From contig CAYLXA010000001.1 of assembly GCA_964387845.1 (NCBI GenBank), positions 128,001 to 192,000 of the forward strand: a DNA stretch of 64,000 nucleotides, written 5' to 3'. Shown one piece after another: positions 47,417 through 55,869 of the stretch. The translations under genes and the position numbers were made by a program. This DNA comes from an uncultured bacterium (GTDB taxonomy: Bacteria; Omnitrophota; Omnitrophia; Omnitrophales; Abzuiibacteriaceae). Positions within the stretch are counted from its first letter, which is position 1. The number at the start of each line of letters is the position of its first letter. The notes below the pieces were generated by a model, which worked only from the letters and a program-made list of their open reading frames with translations, searched no databases and had not been told where the DNA came from.

Positions 47417-49020
47417 ATCGCCTCTCCCAATATTGAAAAAGTGACTGATTTTTCATTCCGGTCAGACTCGGCCAAAGTAGGTTTTCGAAAAACCGGGCCT
47501 TCAATCTGCTCCAGTGATTTCGAGAGGAGCCCCTGCTGACTGTCGACCGGGAAACTGCCTTTAATGATAAACAAGCCTCTCTGATAAGAGAATTCGGATA
47601 AAGTCACTTCTCTCGGAAATGCTTGAGATAACTCCTGAAAAACATCCTCCCAGTAAGGTTCTGAGGAAAAAACTCCGGAGATCAGTGTTTTCACCTGCAT
47701 GCTTTTCTGACGGATTGCTTTCACTTTTTGCGCTTCTTCATATCCCGGCTGCAGGTTCGCAATTTGCAAATGTAAAGACTTTGTCTTATCTGAGATGGTA
47801 ATGGATTGCCAGGCCAGACTTGAAAACAGTAAAACAAAAGCGGTCAAAGCGGCAATGGCTGTTTGCCGGTACGAAAAGAATTTAACCGCGGAGTTCCCCA
47901 TCTTGAGCAAATCGGGAAGCCACGGCTTTTTTAAATTATGCCTATCTAAAATAATGCTGATAGGACGGTAAAAACCGTTCAAATCGTCTTCACGGAGTTT
48001 GTCGGAAATTTCAATGTCCTGGAAAAAATAAACGGGCTTAACGGGGACTTGGAGAGTTTGTTCCACAAATTGAATAAACCCCTTAAGTCGGCTTCCGCCG
48101 CCTGTGAGAAAGATACGTTCAATTCCTTCCCCGTGTTCCTGGGAGTAAAAATCAAAAGAACGCCGGAGTTCACCGGTTAATTTTTGTAAAACGGGCCGGA
48201 TGAGCGGATATAATTTTGAAGCTTCGATTTTGCCGGCAATCAAATTTTCATTTTCGGCACCCAAAAATACGCTCTCATGCCGTGCCCGATCGGCCTCTTC
48301 CATGGTTAGCGCAATGCGTCCTTTATCAGTCACGATAGGCTGCGTGAGCGCCTGGCTCAATAATTCGCCGCCGAAAGAAATTTTGCGCAGAAAATCAAGC
48401 CGGCCGCCCGCATAAAGCGCGATTTCCGCAATTTTATGGCCAATATCAACCACTGTTACCAAATGCCGCGTCGACTGTGCGAAGGCATACGGCAAATGAT
48501 CGACTTCGAAAGCTGCATTCGCCAATTCAAAAGAACTGCAGCCGGATTCGCGGAGAATGCCGGCCAATGTCTCATAAACCTTGACGGGAAGAGCTGTTAC
48601 TAAAACTGTCTGTCTAAGGTCCTTTTTTTGACCCGGCATAGGTACGATTTTGTAATCTAGTTTCGCTTCTTCGATGGCAAACGGGAGTTCATCTTTTACT
48701 TTCCATTTAATTGTGTCGACCAAGTCTTTTTGAGATATGTTCGGAACGACAAAAGACCCGAAATAAGTTTGGAGGCTGTTGGTTACTAAAAAAACGGTAT
48801 GGCGGCTCAAATCAAACCCGGACAAAGCTTTCGCGGCTGCTTGCTTCAGCGTTTCCCTGGCCTGAGCAACATCCTCGTAAGGCGGAACCGGAATGCTCCG
48901 TGCCTCCAGAAGATGGAACCGCTTTGCGGCCGTTTTTATCTGGACAATTTTGACAGAGGAAGAAGCGAACTCGATTGCCAAGAAGAAGCGTTCGCGGTTT
49001 TCGTTGGGCCAATTCAGCAT
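47413..49020 (-). CDS. fused PilM (actin-like ATPase fold) - PilN pilus assembly protein
   Basis: N-terminus LAIEFASSSVKIVQIK, a PilM-type start. After ~370 aa there is a TM helix plus a PilN/GspL-like periplasmic region. Confidence 0.65.
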   Translation of the reverse strand: MLNWPNENRERFFLAIEFASSSVKIVQIKTAAKRFHLLEARSIPVPPYEDVAQARETLKQAAAKALSGFDLSRHTVFLVTNSLQTYFGSFVVPNISQKDLVDTIKWKVKDELPFAIEEAKLDYKIVPMPGQKKDLRQTVLVTALPVKVYETLAGILRESGCSSFELANAAFEVDHLPYAFAQSTRHLVTVVDIGHKIAEIALYAGGRLDFLRKISFGGELLSQALTQPIVTDKGRIALTMEEADRARHESVFLGAENENLIAGKIEASKLYPLIRPVLQKLTGELRRSFDFYSQEHGEGIERIFLTGGGSRLKGFIQFVEQTLQVPVKPVYFFQDIEISDKLREDDLNGFYRPISIILDRHNLKKPWLPDLLKMGNSAVKFFSYRQTAIAALTAFVLLFSSLAWQSITISDKTKSLHLQIANLQPGYEEAQKVKAIRQKSMQVKTLISGVFSSEPYWEDVFQELSQAFPREVTLSEFSYQRGLFIIKGSFPVDSQQGLLSKSLEQIEGPVFRKPTLAESDRNEKSVTFSILGEAI

Positions 49021-49027
49021 GATGATT

Positions 49028-49546
49028 TTAACTGGAAAAAGTGCCTGTTCCGTTGGTTATAAAAATATCATCGTCATTTTGGCCCGTTAACTTTCCATTA
49101 TTATCAATACCGGTAATATCCGCCGCGCCGTCTGGGCCATATGAAAATGCAACGTAATATTTACCGTTTCCGCTGACGGAATAACTATACTCCGCATTTG
49201 CGGTTCGGAATGGATCATACAGAACTTGCCTCAGAACACGCGGGCTGTCACTCGCTAAATCACTACTTTGCCAATCCGATCCCGTCGGATAGGTGCTGGA
49301 ATGATTTAAATAATAAGCGTTGACGGCCGTCTGGATTGCTCTTAAATCACCTTTGGCAGTTTCAATGTTTTTATGCTCGCTCATCCCGCGCATCCGGATC
49401 AGTGAAATTCCGAGAATAATCACGACAAGCGCCAAAACAAAAATCATTTCGAGGACCGAAAAACCTTTCTTTGTGAATCGATCCCCGACACACACTGCGC
49501 GATACACGAAATCAAACCTCCGCCCAGGAATTTGCTTTTTTGGCAT
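49028..49546 (-). CDS. prepilin-type major pseudopilin (GspG-like), paralogue 2
   Basis: KKGFSVLEMIFVLALVVIILGI N-methylation motif. C-terminus ends ...NDDDIFITNG. Start is uncertain: ATG at 49546 or GTG at 49495. Confidence 0.65.
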   Translation of the reverse strand: MPKKQIPGRRFDFVYRAVCVGDRFTKKGFSVLEMIFVLALVVIILGISLIRMRGMSEHKNIETAKGDLRAIQTAVNAYYLNHSSTYPTGSDWQSSDLASDSPRVLRQVLYDPFRTANAEYSYSVSGNGKYYVAFSYGPDGAADITGIDNNGKLTGQNDDDIFITNGTGTFSS

Positions 49547-50744
49547 AGGTGTAAGTGGTAGTCGTCGTAAAGCCCGCCGGCAAACTAACGGGCAAGTAAC
49601 TTGAATTGTAAGTAATGGCTGCTTGATTAATGATGTTATCGCTTTGAAGCTCATTGGCAACTACGCTTCCGTGAACCACGGCATCATCCTGCACATTGGC
49701 GTTATCCGTAAAAATAATTCCCTCAAATGTTGCTGAATTCAAAATTTTGACTTGTTGATTGGTTTCGGGCGCCATCAAAACCGAAACAACATCAGCGCTG
49801 TCCTTCACAACCACATTGTTTTGGCTGTAAACCAGGCCGCCGCCCTGAACGGTAGTTGTATCTTGAATGGTAATGGTTTTTGCCGAAATCAAATTGACCT
49901 GCGAGCCAATTCCTGCGCTATTTTTAACATCAACCGCTTTGGTTGCCACCAAGTTCCCGGGCCCGGTAACCGTGGCATTGTCTTTGATCGTAACGCTTTT
50001 GTAATAGACGGTTTGCCCGGATAAATTTAAATTAGACGTTCCCGAAAGCGTTAGGTTTGAAGCGGCGTTGGCTTCGGCTTGCACAATGGCGTTGTCGTAA
50101 GTTGTCTTTGTAAAGGAAGGCATGCTGGGCGCAGGACTCGGATAACTCGGCGCCTGGGTATAAGTTCCGCCGCCCGTGACCGAATCGGCATAAACAAGGC
50201 CATTAATGACTTGTGAATTATTTCTTACGATGACAGAATCGGTACCGGCGGTTGGGTTGTAATAGACATTGCCCGATACAACAACGGTATGCGCATTCGT
50301 ATTTCCGACTTTAAGCGTATGATTGCCGCTCGGATTAGTTCCGACAAAAACCGCGTAAGAAAATGCGCTTGGAAAATTAACGGTGGTTGTTACCGTTTCG
50401 GTTTGAGTTAACTGCCTTGATTGACTATTATAAGTACCGGTCGAGTTAATAATGACATCGTCAACCGGCCGGGACAAATCAACCGAATAGGAGCCGCCGG
50501 CAAAACTATTATTCGAGAAACTGGAAATCCCGCCTATACTTAATGTGATGTCACCGTTTTTAAGCCGGTTCACGGCATCCGCAATGCCTGCTTCGGCCAT
50601 CCAAAACGCTTTTGCATCATTGGCATGCACCGCGATGCCGCGCATATCCGTTGTCAGGCTCACAATCAGCCCGCCCACAACCGCGGACAAAACAATCATA
50701 ATGACAATAGACAAAAGAAGAACAAACCCGTTTTTTTTACGCAT
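49512..50744 (-). CDS. PilX-N-domain minor pilin-like protein with a beta-helix-like C-terminal domain (GspK analogue)
   Basis: Hydrophobic N-terminus without Glu5, followed by RGIAVHANDAKAFWMAEAGI, which matches the PilX_N pattern. Confidence 0.55.
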   Translation of the reverse strand: MRKKNGFVLLLSIVIMIVLSAVVGGLIVSLTTDMRGIAVHANDAKAFWMAEAGIADAVNRLKNGDITLSIGGISSFSNNSFAGGSYSVDLSRPVDDVIINSTGTYNSQSRQLTQTETVTTTVNFPSAFSYAVFVGTNPSGNHTLKVGNTNAHTVVVSGNVYYNPTAGTDSVIVRNNSQVINGLVYADSVTGGGTYTQAPSYPSPAPSMPSFTKTTYDNAIVQAEANAASNLTLSGTSNLNLSGQTVYYKSVTIKDNATVTGPGNLVATKAVDVKNSAGIGSQVNLISAKTITIQDTTTVQGGGLVYSQNNVVVKDSADVVSVLMAPETNQQVKILNSATFEGIIFTDNANVQDDAVVHGSVVANELQSDNIINQAAITYNSSYLPVSLPAGFTTTTTYTYAKKANSWAEV

Positions 50745-51246
50745 TGCGGGGCCTCACATAAGCGCTAACAGCCAGCGTATCGCTTCCGGCCGTTGCGCTA
50801 AGCCTTAACCGAGCCACATTGCCGGAACTGGTGATGGTTGTACTGAAAGGGGCATTCAAATTGGTTGTGATTAAATCGCCCGATCCGTAAGAAAAGCCTG
50901 TCACAGCCGCGCGCCTCAGATCATAACTCGTTTGATTAAACGCCGGCGGCCATACGTCGGCAGCGTTGTGTAAATAATAACGGTATTGAACATTTGAACC
51001 GCTTTCATGCAGGGTAAACGTTACCGCATGGTTGGAGACGGTAACAGCGTTGGCATTCCGAATGTCCCGCGTCATGCGCTCTAACGCAAAATACAGCTTC
51101 TCGTGCAAATCAGTCCGGTTTCCGATGTGATGCGAATTTCGCATGGCAACAATATAAACAAAAAGAATTGATGCGATTAAAAAAACGATGAGCGTAATCG
51201 TAAAAACCATTTCGAGTAACGTGAAACCGCGCTCTTGATTTTTCAT
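50737..51246 (-). CDS. prepilin-type minor pseudopilin (GspJ-like)
   Basis: ERGFTLLEMVFTITLIV N-terminal motif. 169 aa. Confidence 0.6.
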   Translation of the reverse strand: MKNQERGFTLLEMVFTITLIVFLIASILFVYIVAMRNSHHIGNRTDLHEKLYFALERMTRDIRNANAVTVSNHAVTFTLHESGSNVQYRYYLHNAADVWPPAFNQTSYDLRRAAVTGFSYGSGDLITTNLNAPFSTTITSSGNVARLRLSATAGSDTLAVSAYVRPRNA

Positions 51247-51248
51247 GA

Positions 51249-51659
51249 TCAGCCATTCACCACATAAGTACTGAGTGTAACGCTCGTCTCGCCGTTAGGA
51301 ACAGTCCAATAAGTCGTTACATCGACTTTCTTTAAATAAGCAGGGACACTGGTCACTGTTACCTGCTGTTCAAATGTTGTGAGCAATGTTGTGCCTGTAA
51401 TATCAAAAACGAGGGAGCGGCCGCTGGAGGCAACACTGGCGAAAGAACTGTCTTTGATTTCTTCGAGTTTGCGCTGAGTCAAGGAAAGGGCAAGTGAATA
51501 ATTTTCGACATCACTTTGTCCAAAAACGCCGCGGTTCATGGCTTCCATTAAAGCGAAAATGCTGATCCCGACAATGAGTGTCGTGATCAGCACTTCCAAA
51601 ATCGTGAAGCCGCGTTTCGATTTTAACTGGTGTGAGCGATACTTAAGTTTGACAAACAT
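51249..51659 (-). CDS. prepilin-type minor pseudopilin (GspI/PilV-like)
   Basis: KRGFTILEVLITTLIVGI N-terminal motif. 136 aa. Confidence 0.6.
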   Translation of the reverse strand: MFVKLKYRSHQLKSKRGFTILEVLITTLIVGISIFALMEAMNRGVFGQSDVENYSLALSLTQRKLEEIKDSSFASVASSGRSLVFDITGTTLLTTFEQQVTVTSVPAYLKKVDVTTYWTVPNGETSVTLSTYVVNG

Positions 51660-51678
51660 TCCATTGCGATGAATCTAA

Positions 51679-52152
51679 TTACGCAGAAAGTTGCCCGTTT
51701 GTCACATAAATATCATCGTCAACTTCGCCGACAACGATATTGCCGCTGGCATCCGGCACTGTGCTAATATCCGCGGTCCGGTCCGGTCCGACCGAATAGA
51801 TGACATAATATCTGCTGTTGGCGGAAATTTTATATTTATAGGGCGAACTTGCGGTGAACGGATCCACGAAATCGCTGACCTCTCCAACCATCCGAGGCGT
51901 AGCACCTTCCAGAGCGCTTTCTAAATCGGCAGTCGTGCCTGCGGTAGCGGCCGGAAGCGTCGGGCTTGTACGCAATAAATAAGACTCGAGCGCGGTTTGG
52001 AGCGTCCTTAATTCTGCAGCAGCCTTGGCTTTTCGGCCTTCATCCGAAACGCCCGTAAACCTGGGCAGCGCAATGCCGACGATAATCAAAATAAGCGTGA
52101 TAACCACCAAGATTTCGAGCAATGTAAAACCTTTTTCTGATTTCAACACCAT
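51679..52152 (-). CDS. prepilin-type major pseudopilin (GspG-like), paralogue 1
   Basis: EKGFTLLEILVVITLILIIVGIALP N-terminal motif. C-terminal ...VDDDIYVTNG, the same ending as paralogue 2. Confidence 0.7.
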   Translation of the reverse strand: MVLKSEKGFTLLEILVVITLILIIVGIALPRFTGVSDEGRKAKAAAELRTLQTALESYLLRTSPTLPAATAGTTADLESALEGATPRMVGEVSDFVDPFTASSPYKYKISANSRYYVIYSVGPDRTADISTVPDASGNIVVGEVDDDIYVTNGQLSA

Positions 52153-52175
52153 GATGAAACTCCTCCTTCGTTTGT

Positions 52176-53384
52176 TTATTGAGGGCTGAAAATTTTAATC
52201 ATATCGAAAATAGGAAGCAGAATAGAGAGCATGATAAAGCCGACTATTACCCCCATGAAAAGAACAAAAAACGGCTCGAGGCTGTCTGTTAACTTCTTGA
52301 GGCTTCTTGCGATCAGTTCGTCATAAAAGCTGGCAATTTTATGCAGCATTTTATCGAGGCTGCCCGAATGTTCGCCGGTTGCCACCATCTGAACTACATC
52401 GTTCGGGACAGCCGAACTCTTCTGTAACGTATCGGCTAACTTGCCGCCACCCTGAACGGATTCATAGGTTTTTTTAAAGATATCCTGAAAGATACTATTC
52501 GATGTTAAATTTTGTGAAATTTCGAGCGTTTGCAGAATATTCACGCCGCTTGAAATCATGAGCGCCACGCTGCGGCTCCAGCGGCTGATTTCGATTCGCT
52601 TGATTAATAATCCAACCAGCGGAAATGACAGCCAAAAACTGTCCCATGCCCGCCGGAAAAATTCAATTCGCATAAAAACCGGAAATAAAGCGGCAAACAC
52701 CGCGAAAAACGCCAAGATCCAAAAACCAAACTGCCGCATCCACAAGCTGAGGTTATAGACCATTTGCGTGGGCAACGGAAGCGATACGCCTGATTTGCTG
52801 AAAATCGTAATAAAAGAAGGCACAACCCATACCATCATAAATGCTACCACCGCGACACTGGCCAGCATCAGAACGATCGGATAAGCAAGCGCAGAACTGA
52901 TTTTATGATTGAGTTCCGATTTGGCTTCTTCCAGCTGTGCCACATAACGCAGAACCTGCGATAAATTTCCGCCGGCCTCCCCCACTTTCATCATGGCACG
53001 ATACAGAGACGGAAATAGATGTTCGTGATGCGCTGATGCTTCTGACAAACTTTCACCGTTTTCGATCCGGGCAATCAGATTCTTAACGGTTTCTTTAAAA
53101 GATTGATTTTCAACCTGATGAACAATTGTTTGAAGTGCGGAAAGCATCGGAAGACCGGCTTCCAGCATGTTGCTGAGCTGCACGTAAAAAAGTATCACAT
53201 CGTCTGGCGAAACACGGTTTCCAAAACTCATCGCAACTGGCGAAGCTTTCGAGCGTTTGATGGATGCGACTAAGTAACCCTGCTTAACCAACTGATCAGC
53301 CAGCGCCTTTTCGGAAATCGCTTCCGTAATTCCTTGCACTTTCCTGCCGGATTGATCATGGACTTTATAAACGTAAGAAGGCAT
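52176..53384 (-). CDS. type II secretion / type IV pilus inner-membrane platform protein (GspF/PilC family)
   Basis: 402 aa. Two repeated T2SSF domains with three TM segments. Confidence 0.85.
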   Translation of the reverse strand: MPSYVYKVHDQSGRKVQGITEAISEKALADQLVKQGYLVASIKRSKASPVAMSFGNRVSPDDVILFYVQLSNMLEAGLPMLSALQTIVHQVENQSFKETVKNLIARIENGESLSEASAHHEHLFPSLYRAMMKVGEAGGNLSQVLRYVAQLEEAKSELNHKISSALAYPIVLMLASVAVVAFMMVWVVPSFITIFSKSGVSLPLPTQMVYNLSLWMRQFGFWILAFFAVFAALFPVFMRIEFFRRAWDSFWLSFPLVGLLIKRIEISRWSRSVALMISSGVNILQTLEISQNLTSNSIFQDIFKKTYESVQGGGKLADTLQKSSAVPNDVVQMVATGEHSGSLDKMLHKIASFYDELIARSLKKLTDSLEPFFVLFMGVIVGFIMLSILLPIFDMIKIFSPQ

Positions 53385-53390
53385 TGCTTA

Positions 53391-55088
53391 TTATCCTTCC
53401 TGGGTTACGCGCATAATTTCTTCGATCGTCGTAACACCGGAAACAATTTTTAAAAATCCGTCTTCGCGCAGCGTTTTCATGCCGGCCTGAATTGCCTTTA
53501 GTTTGATGTCATCGCCCGACGACTTTTGTAGAACCATTTTTTGAATTGCGTTATCCGGTACTAATATTTCGAAAAGACCGCTTCTGCCCTTATAGCCTGA
53601 TTTCTTGCATTGTAGACATCCCTTCCCCCGGTAGAGCTGCTTAGGAAGCTTGCTCATATCTGCTGTCATCAATTTGAGACTGGCGATCTCGGCATCGACC
53701 GGGCTGTAAGCTGTTTTACAGTCTTGGCAAATGGTCCGAATAAGGCGCTGCGCAACCACGCCCGTAATAGTGGAAGCCACCAAAAAAGGTTCGACGCCCA
53801 TATCAATCAAGCGCGTAAAAGCAGACGCAGCGTCATTGGTATGCAAAGTCGAAAAAACAAAGTGGCCTGTCAGCGCTGCTTGAATCGCAATGTTCGCCGT
53901 GTCTTTATCCCGGATTTCACCGACCATGATTACGTCCGGATCCTGGCGCAAAATCGAACGGAGGCCGCTCGCAAACGTGAGATTGACCTTCGTATTGACT
54001 TGAATCTGGCGGATTAACGGAAGCTGGTATTCAACAGGGTCTTCAATCGTTACAATATTTTTTTCCGCGTTATTGATCTGATTAAGCGCACCGTAAAGCG
54101 TCGTGGTTTTTCCGCTTCCCGTGGGGCCTGTGATGAGCAAAATACCGTAAGGTTTTTTGATTAACTCATTAAAAACGGTCAGACTCTCTTTTCCCATACC
54201 CAATTTCTCTAACGGCAAAATCGCGCTTTGCAGATTGAGGAGCCGGACGACAATATTTTCTCCGTGGATCGTCGGCATCACGGAAATGCGCAAGTCAAGC
54301 GGCCGGCTATCAAGGTCCATGCGGACACGTCCGTCCTGCGGCACGCGGCTTTCCGCAATATCCAAATTGGAAATGACTTTCACGCGTGACACAACGCCGG
54401 AATGAAGTTCCGTCGGATACTGGTCTACTTCACGTAAAATTCCGTCAATGCGGAAACGTACGACGACTTTATCTTTCTCCGGCGAAATATGAACGTCGCT
54501 GGCGCCGTCGCGTTGAGCTTGTGAAATCATGGTATTAACCAACTTGATAATGGGCGCTTCTTCGGGCTTGATTTCCTGCGAGACGATCGCTTCCTTTTGA
54601 GCAGTGATGGTCAACTCATCCTGCATCGATTGAACCATATCGCTCACATCGCTTTTGACGCCATAATACTGCTCGATGGCGCCTCTGATTTCGGCCTCGG
54701 TTGCAAGCGCTTGCTCAATTTCATAACCTGTCCGGATACGTAATTGATCGATAAGGTTTAAATTAAACGGATCGCTCGTTGCGACCGTCAGGCGTTTTCC
54801 GATTTTTAAGACCGGAAAAACACGAAACCGCCGGACAATATCCTGGGGCAGGATCGCGAGCACTTCTTTTTTGACGATTTGGTGAGAAATTTCGATTTCG
54901 GGAATGCTGAGTTTCTGGCTCAAGAACGAGACAAACTTTCGCTCGTCGACAAAACCGAGTTTACGCAGCGCTTTTTGAAAAGGTTCATGCGTTCGGCGCA
55001 TCTCCGATTCGACCTGCTTCAGCTGCGAGGTTGTTAGCAAACCCTCGGCAACCAGATTTTCGCCAAGTGAAGGCGCCGTGTTTTTCAT
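53391..55088 (-). CDS. type II/IV secretion ATPase (GspE/PilB family)
   Basis: N-terminal GSPII_E_N-like region. Walker A GPTGSGKTTTLY, Asp box, Walker B and His box are present. Confidence 0.9.
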   Translation of the reverse strand: MKNTAPSLGENLVAEGLLTTSQLKQVESEMRRTHEPFQKALRKLGFVDERKFVSFLSQKLSIPEIEISHQIVKKEVLAILPQDIVRRFRVFPVLKIGKRLTVATSDPFNLNLIDQLRIRTGYEIEQALATEAEIRGAIEQYYGVKSDVSDMVQSMQDELTITAQKEAIVSQEIKPEEAPIIKLVNTMISQAQRDGASDVHISPEKDKVVVRFRIDGILREVDQYPTELHSGVVSRVKVISNLDIAESRVPQDGRVRMDLDSRPLDLRISVMPTIHGENIVVRLLNLQSAILPLEKLGMGKESLTVFNELIKKPYGILLITGPTGSGKTTTLYGALNQINNAEKNIVTIEDPVEYQLPLIRQIQVNTKVNLTFASGLRSILRQDPDVIMVGEIRDKDTANIAIQAALTGHFVFSTLHTNDAASAFTRLIDMGVEPFLVASTITGVVAQRLIRTICQDCKTAYSPVDAEIASLKLMTADMSKLPKQLYRGKGCLQCKKSGYKGRSGLFEILVPDNAIQKMVLQKSSGDDIKLKAIQAGMKTLREDGFLKIVSGVTTIEEIMRVTQEG

Positions 55089-55462
55089 GAACCTCCGAGA
55101 AGTTCCGAAACTTTGGCCAAAAGCGCAGGCGGTTCAAACGGTTTTGTCATGTAGCCGTTTGCGCCGCAATCTTCAAGGCCCATCCGCTCGTCTTCGACGC
55201 CCGCTTTTGCGGTAAAAAGGAGCACCGGAATTTTCTTATAGCGGTCATCGTGCTTTAAAGTCGCGCAAACCTGGTAACCGTCCATTTTCGGAAGCATTAA
55301 ATCCAAAATAATCAAATCCGGCTTTTCAGAACGCGCTTTGGCCAATCCTTCTTCTCCGTCAAAAGCCGTGACGATTTCGTAATCATGCGCTTCCAGACGC
55401 GCCTGAACGGCCATCACCAATTCTTCTTCATCGTCCACAATTAAAATCTTTTTCTTTGCCAT
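55085..55462 (-). CDS. single-domain CheY-like response regulator
   Basis: Receiver residues DD...D...T...K are present. Its stop overlaps the ATPase gene start (ATGA at 55085..55088). Confidence 0.8.
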   Translation of the reverse strand: MAKKKILIVDDEEELVMAVQARLEAHDYEIVTAFDGEEGLAKARSEKPDLIILDLMLPKMDGYQVCATLKHDDRYKKIPVLLFTAKAGVEDERMGLEDCGANGYMTKPFEPPALLAKVSELLGGS

Positions 55463-55476
55463 TGAATCCCTTTGGT

Positions 55477-55860
55477 TTAGGAAGTTTTCTTGGATCTTGC
55501 TTCGATTTCGCGAATTTGCTTCACCAAATCACCGCCGTCGACCGGCTTCATCATGAATGCCTCGGCGCCTTCGAGGCGGAATGCCTGTTCAATCATTAAA
55601 GCTTTTCCGGTTACGATGATAACCGGAATTTTTTTATCGGACATTTGATTAATTTGCTTCAGGGTTGCCAAGCCATCCAAATTCGGCATCAAAGCGTCCA
55701 TCACGATCAGGTCCGGTGCTTTTTTTTGAATCGATTCCAGCGCTTCTTTGCCGTCATAAGCCACTTCGGCCTTGAATCCTTCGGAGCTCAGGCGCATTTG
55801 AAACATCGACGCTAAATCGCGGTCATCATCAACAATTAAAATATTTTTCATTTGCGTCAC
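55477..55860 (-). CDS. single-domain CheY-like response regulator
   Basis: Receiver residues present. 127 aa. Confidence 0.8.
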   Translation of the reverse strand: MTQMKNILIVDDDRDLASMFQMRLSSEGFKAEVAYDGKEALESIQKKAPDLIVMDALMPNLDGLATLKQINQMSDKKIPVIIVTGKALMIEQAFRLEGAEAFMMKPVDGGDLVKQIREIEARSKKTS

Positions 55861-55869
55861 ACGGATGTT

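Noticed and set aside
49546-49660. Longer 210-aa version of the GspG-like pseudopilin starting at 49660.
   Set aside because: It would give a ~70-residue leader before the GFxxxE prepilin motif and overlap the upstream gene by ~150 nt. Prepilin leaders are short, so a start at 49546 (ATG) or 49495 (GTG) is more plausible.
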